From an uncultured Bacteroidota bacterium (GTDB taxonomy: Bacteria; Bacteroidota; Ignavibacteria; UBA10030; UBA6906): DNA of 64,000 bases. The stretch lies in the NCBI GenBank assembly GCA_963714855.1, contig CAVQPT010000014.1:112569-176568 (forward strand). Reading direction: 5' to 3'. Every line of letters begins with the position of its first letter. Within the stretch, counting starts at the first letter, position 1. The notes beneath the pieces are model-generated. The model saw nothing but the letters and a program-made list of their open reading frames with translations, did no database searches and was not told where the DNA came from. Positions 37,353 through 45,699 of the stretch are shown here, piece after piece. A program made the position numbers and the translations under genes.

Positions 37353-40300
37353 TCAGGGGCTCTCAGCTTCTGCGACATAGGGATAGGAAAATTCGTACGC
37401 CCCCGAGCCCGCTTCGAACTTGCCCTCACTCAACTCTGTTAGTCCCTTCTGGCGGGTCGGTACTGCCCCGGACTCCAGGACCTCTCCACCAACCCCGGGC
37501 AACTGGATGGCTGCACGACTGTTGGCCGGAATAACGACCTGCACGGTCATGCGGCCTTCATTGAGCTTCCAGGAGGTCGAAATTGGACCCGCGGCGGAAC
37601 GGTACGATACACGTGCCCACGTCAACGTGCCTCCCGGTTGTGGAGCGATGATCACGTCCCTGTATCCCGGACTCCCGCTTCGGATGCCACCGATGTTCTC
37701 CACCATCCACTGGTACACGGCGCCGAACGCGTAGTGCGCAAACGAATTCATGCCGGGGTCCTGGAATCCCTTCTCCGGTGTCCACCCGTCCCACCGCTCC
37801 CAGATGCTGGTCGCTCCGTGACGGATGGTGAATCCCCACGATGGAAACAGGTCGGTCTGGAGGAGACGGTAGGCAACGTCATTTCGCCGGATTGCCGAGA
37901 GCACAAGCATAAGGTCTTTTGTTCCGACGAATCCCGTGGACAGCCGCCACCCTCTCGACGCGATATCCGCGACAAGGTGACGGCCCGCCTGTTGAGCGCG
38001 CTCTTCATCGAGCAACCCGGACGCGAGCGCCAGCACGTATGACGTCTGGGTGTTCCCTTTGACGTGTCCTTCAGCGTCGACGTAGGACGAAAGGTATACC
38101 GATCGTATTCTCTCGAACAGCGAATGGTATTCCTGTGCTTCGGACGTCTTTCCAAGAACGTCGGCTGTTAGTGCGACAAGCTTTGTGCAACGCGCAAAAT
38201 AGGAGATGAAAATCACATCGTGGGGTGTGTCCGCGTCGATGTTGAGCCAGTCGCCGAAGCAGTGAAATTTCGCCGGGGGAAGCAGATCGGGAGTCGACCG
38301 CGTCTTGCAGAATTCCACAAACTTCGCCATTGCAGGGTACTGCTCTTCCAGAATGTCCCGGTCGCCATAGACGTCGTATAGTGTCCACGGGCAGATCACG
38401 CCCGCATCTGCCCACGCAGGTCCGCCATCATCGTCCGCAACTTTCAACGGCGCCACCATCGGGAACTGCCCGTCTTCGCGTTGCGCGTCAGTCAGGTCCA
38501 CGATCCATTTGTGAAAGAACGCCTGCACATCCGCATTCATGCAGGCGGAGCGTATGTATGCCTGGGCGTCGCCGGTCCACCCCAGCCGCTCATCCCTCTG
38601 AGGGCAGTCCGTCGGAATGTCGATAAAATTTGCCCGCTGTGTCCAGAGGATGTTGCTGGCGAGCCTGTTCACCATCGGATCCGAACACTCAAATGAACCC
38701 ACCACAGGGGTCGCACTGCTCAGAGCAAGCCCCGTTATGGTCCGCTCGGTTGGTGTTTCAGTGAGGCCGCGTACTTCAACATACTGGAAGCCATGAAACG
38801 TGAACCGGGGTTCCCAGGTTTCCTCACCGCCCCCCTTGCAGATGTAGGTGTCGATGGCGCGGGCGCCACGGAGGTTTTGCGTATACAGTGTCCCATCGGT
38901 ATTGAGGCGCTCCGCAAACCTCAATGTGATTTTCTGACCTGCTGCACCACGCACGCGCAGGCGGGTCACGCCGGCGAAGTTCTGGCCGAGGTCAAATATC
39001 CATATCCCGGATGCAACCGGCTTGAAGGACTTTGGAGCAAGTTCTGCGAAGACGCGCACCGGCGGGCCGGGATGTGCCTGAAGCAACGGGTGAACGTCGG
39101 CACCGACGTCCACGGGCTCTACCGATAGCATTCTGGACGAGCCCCGGTCAATCTGTTCGCGCATCGTACGATTCACCCATCAGAAAATCCGCCTCCAGTG
39201 CGGGTCCCGTCGATCCCGTCCAGTGTGCGCCCGTTCCCATATCTTCCGTCGAGCCGTCGGCATACTCGACGTGCAACTGGCCACGGAACCGCGGGCGGGA
39301 GCCGTAATGATCACGATGCAGACCCCATCCTATATAGCCGCTGAACCATCCGTCAGCGAGAATTGCACTCCACCTATTGTTCCCTTCCTCCAACAGCGAT
39401 GTGACATCGTATGTCCTGTAGTAGACGCGCTTTGTGTAATCGGTCCAGCCGGGCGTAAAGTAGTCGTCGCTGACGCGCTTGCCGTTCAGAAACACGTCAC
39501 AGAGGCCAAGAGCAGATGAATACAAGACTGCGCGCGCAATCGGTTTCCGGATGTTCACCGTCGCCCCGAGTTGCCTCGGGGGAGGGAGAACAAGCATGCT
39601 GCCATCCAGTACACCCCAGGGAGGGACGCCGATGTAGCCAAGATCATTCGAAGCTTCTCCTTCACCCAACCGGGGACCTTCAACCTTCCAGTGTGCATAG
39701 TGTTGTTCCGACGAGAGCCACGACCGATCGCTGACGAGAAGTTCGCTCGAGCCATCGTTCTGGACGAGCCGCATCCAGAACAGGAACCCCGCGGGCCCGG
39801 GGGAGTCGTTCTCAGCCTCGGCGTACACTACGTTCTTTCCGGGGACGAGAAGTGGTGTGACATCCAGCCGCTGGGGGGATTTCCAGGAGTCTGGTGCCGC
39901 ACCGGACGTCGCCGCTTTCCTGCCGTTGATGAAGAGCGTGAAGCGGGAGTCTGCCGTTCCGGCAAGATCGGCAGTAGATATGGGTGCGTTGATCTCCAGC
40001 ACACGGACGAAGTACCGTTTCCCTGCGGGCGCATTCCACTGTTTATCTGCTGCATGCCAGATCCACCGGGCTGTCAGGAAGGCGGCGGCCCGTTCTCGCA
40101 TGCGGGGAGCGTCATGCCCGATCCATTCGGCCTGCCATTCCCCCTGGCTTAGGATGCCCATGGACCAGGTTCCCTGCGCGCTCCACGGGCCGGGGGTATC
40201 CCCGTCCCATGCCATCACCTTCCAGAAGCAAGCCTGGTGTGACACCAACGCTCGCCCCTCGTACCTGACCGAAGTTGTCCGATCGCCCGCTCTCCTTCCG

Positions 40301-40650
40301 CTGTCCCACAGGTCCCCGCTGTCCGCAGCCAGAAGAGATGGTGTACTGGACACAAGAATGCGGTAGGCGGATTGAGCTGCCCCGCGCTCCGAGGACTCGA
40401 GGACCCAGCCCAGCCGTGGCTGCCGTGTGTCTATGCCTGACGGATCGGTTCTGAACTCGCAGATAAGGTGTGTCGGTTTTAGCATGGCCATTCCTGAATA
40501 TGGTCCTGACATGGTGATGATCACCGCAGCCAGGAGCGTGACCGAATTCAGCAGATGCGGAGTCGTCGTGCATGGCGGCCGGCGGGACGTTCGTTGAATA
40601 TACTCAGGCCAATCTCCATGCGCAACCGGGAAGCGAAGCCCCTGGCCCAT
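37353..40650 (-). pseudogene. GH78 alpha-L-rhamnosidase, frame interrupted near 39155-39165 (pseudogene or assembly indel); start uncertain
   Basis: The N-terminal ORF 39148..40650 (RQPRLGWVLES, AQSAYRILVSS, LWDSG) ends ...GESYDARTD*. The C-terminal ORF 37353..39176 in another frame continues REQIDRG... and carries DCPQRDERLGWTGDAQ plus the six-hairpin domain. Confidence 0.85.
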
Positions 40651-40783
40651 ATTTCCGATTCAAGCCCGCGTCAGGCCGGGCACGATCTGGCTTGACAATC
40701 GATCGCACTTCTTCGTTCTTTTGTACTATATTGCTGTTGATCTGAAGCCCGTGAAACCTCGTATGTACCTCACGAGAGACGCC

Positions 40784-43174
40784 ATGAAACGATTCCTCCT
40801 TTCCGGCCTGATCCTCGCCCTTCCCTGCATCGCAACAGCCCAGGAGAGCCGCATCGAACTCCTGAACCACTACAGTACACTTCTCGGAGCGCAGAAGAAC
40901 TTCAACATCTTCCTTCCGGCGGGGTATGATCAGGATACCGCTCGCTACCCCGTGGTGTACCTGTTTCGGGGTCACGAGCGGGAGTGGGCGAACCCCAGCG
41001 AGGACGCGAGCCGGAGGGGTAACATCAAGACCGTTGCCGACAGGGTGTCCATGGCCGGATTGATCGGAAATATGATCCTTGTCATGCCCGGGCTCTCCGC
41101 CCCGCCTACACCAGCTGAATTCGACTATGTCGCAACCGAGCTCATTCCCTACGTCGACTCTCATTTCCGGACAATACCGGTCCGTCAGAAACGAGGCATG
41201 GACGGTTTTTCCTACGGCGGGTACGACATGCTGGAAATGTTATGGCGATATCCTGAACTGTTCTTCACCGCAGGAGCATATGACGGTTCGTTCTGGGTCG
41301 TGAATCTGAACCTGTTCTTCGCTGGTGCCACCGATTCATACTGGAATCTCCTTCGCGTGATGAAATTCATGATTCACTCGACCCCCGCTGGTAACTATGC
41401 CTCGAATCTGCAGTTTCTCTCCATTCTTGGAAGTCACGGTATTACCAATGCTTTTGATACCCTGGATCTTGCTCCGAGCTCTGCCCACAACTGGTACTTC
41501 GCTGATTTGCACATGGAACGCGCGCTGCCATTGCACTGGCAACACTTTCTTGCCGGATCTCAGGCGCTTACGGTTCAACTCCATTCTCCCTTTGCTGCAA
41601 CGACCGTGTCCGGGACCGTAACGGTACAGTGGTCGGTGCAGCCCCATGCGTCAGGCGTCCGGACAGCGGTGGACGTCAGCCGCAACCGCGGAGCCAGCTG
41701 GCAGGAACTCTACTCGTCGACAAGTACTGACACGTCCTTCCTCTGGGATACAACACCGTTTCAGGATGGGACCGGATACATGGCGCGGGTTCGCGTGCTC
41801 GGCGACAGCGCATATGGATACGTGCAGACGGGAGGCAGGTTCACGGTGAACAACCCGGGAAACGCAATTCCTGAAGCGGGCATACTGTTTCCGGATTCTG
41901 CCGCGAACCTCACCAGCACCCAGACAATACAGTGGTGGGCCGAAGACGCGGACGGGGACTCGCTGAGGATTGCCATCGATGCAAGTACGGATGGAGGAAT
42001 CACCTGGAGTCAGATTGCCCAGCCGCCAAACAGCGGCGTGTACGTCTGGGAGACAGGGGCATCCCCAAACTCATCGACCTACCGTGTCAGCGTTCGGGCG
42101 AGCGACGCTGTAATCACAGGGATCGGCATATCGCCTCCCTTTGCCGTGAAGAATCCACGGCAGTCTCTGCAGAGAACACTGGTCAATCACATTTCAGGAA
42201 ACGCAGACGGGTCCGTCGTGGTGCATGTCGTCGATTCTTCACAGGTCTCGGGCCACACATACCGGATCCTCTTTCACGATTCCCTTGCCGGTGAAAAGCG
42301 TTACTCCGTTCTCGATGTGAACAGTGGAACAACGGCGGTGTCAGGCGCATCCGTCGGGACACCGGACCGGGAGGGACCCGCGTTTGACGGACTCCGGCTG
42401 GTCCTCACCGACATTGACGCTCCGCGGTTCTCGCCCGACTCCACGCGCTGGATCACGGGTGTGAGTAATCTCATCCCGGCCGTTACTCTCCCGAGTTTCG
42501 ACCCTGGCACGGGGCTGGTGACCGGATTCCCCTACGTTTCCGACTACCTGATCCAGATCGCTGATCATGTTGTCGATACGTCCAGTTCGCTGTTTAACTG
42601 GTCGCTCGCCCCCATGATGTTCACGGTCTGGAACATCACGGAGTCTCATCAGGTTGACGTACTCTTCACAGATCTGAACGGCGATGGCGCGATTGGCGCG
42701 TACGATGAGCTCATACTGCTCGAGCGCGACAGTCTTGGAGAGCTCTTCCCGACCTGGGCACTGTTTTTTGCTCCCCCATCGAGCCCCGTATTCCCCTCGC
42801 CGGGGGATGTCTTTCTGTTCAAGATCCTGAAGCCCTTCACCAGCGGCGACATCTACGAATTCCTGGCACTGCCGACGGGAATTGTCTCCGTTGGACCATC
42901 TACAAACCCTGGTGCATTCCGACTCGAGCAGAATTATCCGAATCCATTTAATCCGGTGACCACGATCCGGTATTCGATCGGGCAAAACGGCCCGGTCCGA
43001 CTCGTCGTCTACGATATCCTCGGTCGGCAGGTGGCAGTGCTGGTGAACGGGCAGAAAGCGCCCGGGAGGTACGAGGTGACATTTAACGCCGCCGGCCTCG
43101 CAAGCGGCATGTATCTCTACCGCCTGACCGCAGGTTCATTTGTCCAGACACGCACGATGCTGCTCATTCGATGA
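40784..43174 (+). CDS. exported esterase-family (alpha/beta hydrolase) multidomain protein with T9SS C-terminal sorting domain
   Basis: ATG 40784 gives MKRFLLSGLILALPCIATAQ. Esterase-D-like region: NIFLPAGYDQDTARYPVVYLFRGHEREW and GMDGFSYGGY. C-terminus: EQNYPNPFNPVTTIRY...MYLYRLTAGSFVQTRTMLLIR. Confidence 0.8.
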   Translation: MKRFLLSGLILALPCIATAQESRIELLNHYSTLLGAQKNFNIFLPAGYDQDTARYPVVYLFRGHEREWANPSEDASRRGNIKTVADRVSMAGLIGNMILVMPGLSAPPTPAEFDYVATELIPYVDSHFRTIPVRQKRGMDGFSYGGYDMLEMLWRYPELFFTAGAYDGSFWVVNLNLFFAGATDSYWNLLRVMKFMIHSTPAGNYASNLQFLSILGSHGITNAFDTLDLAPSSAHNWYFADLHMERALPLHWQHFLAGSQALTVQLHSPFAATTVSGTVTVQWSVQPHASGVRTAVDVSRNRGASWQELYSSTSTDTSFLWDTTPFQDGTGYMARVRVLGDSAYGYVQTGGRFTVNNPGNAIPEAGILFPDSAANLTSTQTIQWWAEDADGDSLRIAIDASTDGGITWSQIAQPPNSGVYVWETGASPNSSTYRVSVRASDAVITGIGISPPFAVKNPRQSLQRTLVNHISGNADGSVVVHVVDSSQVSGHTYRILFHDSLAGEKRYSVLDVNSGTTAVSGASVGTPDREGPAFDGLRLVLTDIDAPRFSPDSTRWITGVSNLIPAVTLPSFDPGTGLVTGFPYVSDYLIQIADHVVDTSSSLFNWSLAPMMFTVWNITESHQVDVLFTDLNGDGAIGAYDELILLERDSLGELFPTWALFFAPPSSPVFPSPGDVFLFKILKPFTSGDIYEFLALPTGIVSVGPSTNPGAFRLEQNYPNPFNPVTTIRYSIGQNGPVRLVVYDILGRQVAVLVNGQKAPGRYEVTFNAAGLASGMYLYRLTAGSFVQTRTMLLIR

Positions 43175-43378
43175 GTTCTTTTGATACGGATCAGGAGATA
43201 CCAACGCTCGATACTTGATTGACTGTACTTTGGTTGCCCCGCAAGATCATACGATATCACATGCGATGTCCGCGAATGGACCGGCGGGCCGTCCCGGCAT
43301 AGTCCTCAGTCCGGCCGCGACCATCCACCTCTTCCACACCTGGCGGGACGGAAAGGGCAATGAACCTCCATTGCTCAG

Positions 43379-43407
43379 TTGACTCTCTCCGTCAAAACCG
43401 GTATTCT
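43379..43407 (+). promoter_or_regulatory. sigma-70-type promoter candidate TTGACT-N17-TATTCT
   Basis: TTGACT at 43379-43384, a 17-nt spacer, and TATTCT at 43402-43407. It lies 90 nt upstream of ATG 43497 in a 320-bp intergenic region. Confidence 0.4.
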
Positions 43408-43496
43408 ACTTATTGAGAATATCTGTCGCTCTTTGCAGTTCCCGGACACCAAACCCCGACAGGTGCCAGCCCTTGCAGCGTTCATTCCCCAAAAAC

Positions 43497-43880
43497 ATGG
43501 GTTCACTCGAAGGGGTTTTTACGTTCGTTTCGGAGTGCCTTTCGTCCTACTCCGCCGATCCTGGCACAGCGTACGTCGTTAACCTTGCGGTAGAAGAATT
43601 CTTCACCAACATGGTGAAGTACGCGCCTGAGGGGACCCACGACATCGACGTTGGGCTCGAAAAGCACGGCAATGCCGTCGTGGTCACCATGGTCGACCGG
43701 GACGTCGAACAATTCGATGTCACGCTTCCCCGGCCTGTCAACACTTCCCTCCCCCTCGAAGATCGCACACCGGGGGGACTGGGAGTCCACCTGGTACGTC
43801 AGATGGTGGACTCCCTTGACTACACCTATGCCAACAGGTGCAGCACGATTACGTTCACCAAGACCCTGGAGAATCAGTGA
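43497..43880 (+). CDS. anti-sigma regulatory factor, RsbW/SpoIIAB-like Ser kinase (HATPase_c type)
   Basis: 127 aa starting at ATG 43497. Motifs: AVEEFFTNMVKYA (N-box-like) and DRTPGGLGVHLVRQMVDSLDY (G-box). Confidence 0.75.
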   Translation: MGSLEGVFTFVSECLSSYSADPGTAYVVNLAVEEFFTNMVKYAPEGTHDIDVGLEKHGNAVVVTMVDRDVEQFDVTLPRPVNTSLPLEDRTPGGLGVHLVRQMVDSLDYTYANRCSTITFTKTLENQ

Positions 43881-44167
43881 TGTTTTCAGCTACCATGAAC
43901 GATGAAGGCGAAGTGCTTCTTGTGGGACGGCTTGATGCTTCTCAGGTGGACACCGCATCTGTCGTGCTCGACGCGGTGACGGCTACCTGCAGGGTGAACT
44001 TCGAGGGACTTGAGTACATCTCCAGCGCAGGGCTGGGCCTCCTCCTCAAGACCCAGAAACGCCTGAGCCTCTCCGGCCACAGCCTTATTCTCACGCGAAT
44101 GAACAAACTCGTTCGTGATGTGTTCCGGATTGCCCGATTTGACGTTGTTTTTCGTATAGAAGACTGA
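43880..44167 (+). CDS. STAS-domain anti-sigma-factor antagonist (RsbV/SpoIIAA-like)
   Basis: The start overlaps the upstream stop (TGATG). 95 aa. Contains LEYISSAGLGLLL (conserved phosphorylatable Ser context) and LILTRMNKLVRDVFRIARFD. Confidence 0.8.
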   Translation: MFSATMNDEGEVLLVGRLDASQVDTASVVLDAVTATCRVNFEGLEYISSAGLGLLLKTQKRLSLSGHSLILTRMNKLVRDVFRIARFDVVFRIED

Positions 44168-44203
44168 TGTCTTCACCAACTTTCCGATGCGAACACAGTA
44201 ATT

Positions 44204-44764
44204 ATGGTTGAACCCCAGGACGAAGATCTGGACCTGGTGTTGCGAAGCCGGAAGGGAGACCGCGAGGCCTTCGCGGCACTGGTCAAGAAATACCAGAGGC
44301 CGATGTTCAATGTGGCCCTGCGGATGACCGGGAACCGGGATGAGGCGGAGGAAGTTGTTCAGGAGGCATTCGTCAGGGCGTATGAAGCCCTGAGTTCATT
44401 CGACGTTCGATACAGATTCTTCAGCTGGCTCTACAGAATCCTGTCGAATCTCGCCCTGGATACGCTGAAACGAGGCAAACGCCGTGAGTCACTGGCACCC
44501 GACATACCGGACACCGACCCGTCACCGGAAACACTCCAGGAGGAGTCAGAGGTCGCCGAATCCGTTCAGCGAGCCATCGGGAAGTTGCCACCAGACTACA
44601 GGGCGGTCATTGTCCTCAGGCATTTCCAGGAATTATCATACGAAGAAATTGCGCGAATCCTGGATGTTCCGGAAAAGCGCGTCAAATCAAGGCTTTTTTC
44701 AGCACGGATGATGCTGCGCGAGTCGCTCGGGAGAGAAGGGTACGGATCGTATGAACAATCGTGA
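44204..44764 (+). CDS. ECF-type RNA polymerase sigma-70 factor
   Basis: Region 2: DREAFAALVKKYQRPMFNVALRMTGNRDEAEEVVQEAFVRAY. Region 4: LPPDYRAVIVLRHFQELSYEEIARILDVPEKRVKSRLFSAR. Confidence 0.9.
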   Translation: MVEPQDEDLDLVLRSRKGDREAFAALVKKYQRPMFNVALRMTGNRDEAEEVVQEAFVRAYEALSSFDVRYRFFSWLYRILSNLALDTLKRGKRRESLAPDIPDTDPSPETLQEESEVAESVQRAIGKLPPDYRAVIVLRHFQELSYEEIARILDVPEKRVKSRLFSARMMLRESLGREGYGSYEQS

Positions 44765-45524
44765 TATCATCGGGTTGATCAACAAGGAGCTGGATGGCAC
44801 ATTGCTCCCTGGCGAATCCGCAACATTGCAGAGAATTCTCGAAACGAACGAGGAAGCCCGGATCATACGCGCCGACCTGCGGCGTCTCGGCAAAACCCTG
44901 GCCTCGGTAGAACAGGCTGCTTCCCCACCCTCACTCCTGCCGGGCGTCATGCGGCGCATCGAAGAGCGGGAAGCGCATTCCACCCGGAAAGTCAGACGGC
45001 CATTTCATCTTTTTGAGACCCTGCGTGGACGGGCGCTTTCCACGGGGATAGGATTCGCCGGAGGTATCGCATTCGGGATTCTCGGGTTCTTTCTGGCCTC
45101 AAACCTCTCCACCCTTACGGACATTCACGACGCAGAGGTTTCCGGAACGCTTACCGGCAGCACCCAGACACCGGCGATAACCGGTGTCCAGAGCACTCCG
45201 TTCAACGCAGACGGTGTGACCGGGACGTTGCGCACGCAAACTTCAACAAATGTGATCACGGTCGGTCTTGAGATGCACAGTCCGGATACCTGCGCTGCGC
45301 GCCTCATATTCGACCCGACCCGTGGAAGCATCGAAGCTGTACGGCCGTCAGGCGAGTTTTCCGGGACTATTTCAATGGCCAACGGTATGCTGCTCGTGCA
45401 TGGGGGAAATTCGCTCGCACTTGAAATCACGCTCAGGCGCCATGCGCCGGGGCGTTTGACCCTTCAAACCGACATCACCCGAAGAGAAACTGGAATCGCA
45501 TCGCGAACGATCTCACTCGAGTGA
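44751..45524 (+). CDS. membrane-anchored anti-sigma factor (putative)
   Basis: Overlaps the sigma gene by 14 nt. The N-terminal helical anti-sigma-like region is LINKELDGTLLPGESATLQRILETNEEARIIRADLRRL. It has a single TM (IGFAGGIAFGILGFFLASNL) and a ~130-aa extracytoplasmic tail. Confidence 0.65.
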   Translation: MNNRDIIGLINKELDGTLLPGESATLQRILETNEEARIIRADLRRLGKTLASVEQAASPPSLLPGVMRRIEEREAHSTRKVRRPFHLFETLRGRALSTGIGFAGGIAFGILGFFLASNLSTLTDIHDAEVSGTLTGSTQTPAITGVQSTPFNADGVTGTLRTQTSTNVITVGLEMHSPDTCAARLIFDPTRGSIEAVRPSGEFSGTISMANGMLLVHGGNSLALEITLRRHAPGRLTLQTDITRRETGIASRTISLE

Positions 45525-45699
45525 TTGTTGAGGTGATATCGTGGAGTGTACCGGAGGAAGGCCTGTCCTTCCCCCGCAGTTTCTTTTTGTCACGAGCACC
45601 GATTCGCCAGTTCTTTGTATCCCCGCTCCACACGCACTAACGGGATCTGCGGGGTTCTGCGGCAGTCCATCAATTTCTCTCATCACATCCGGATGATGC

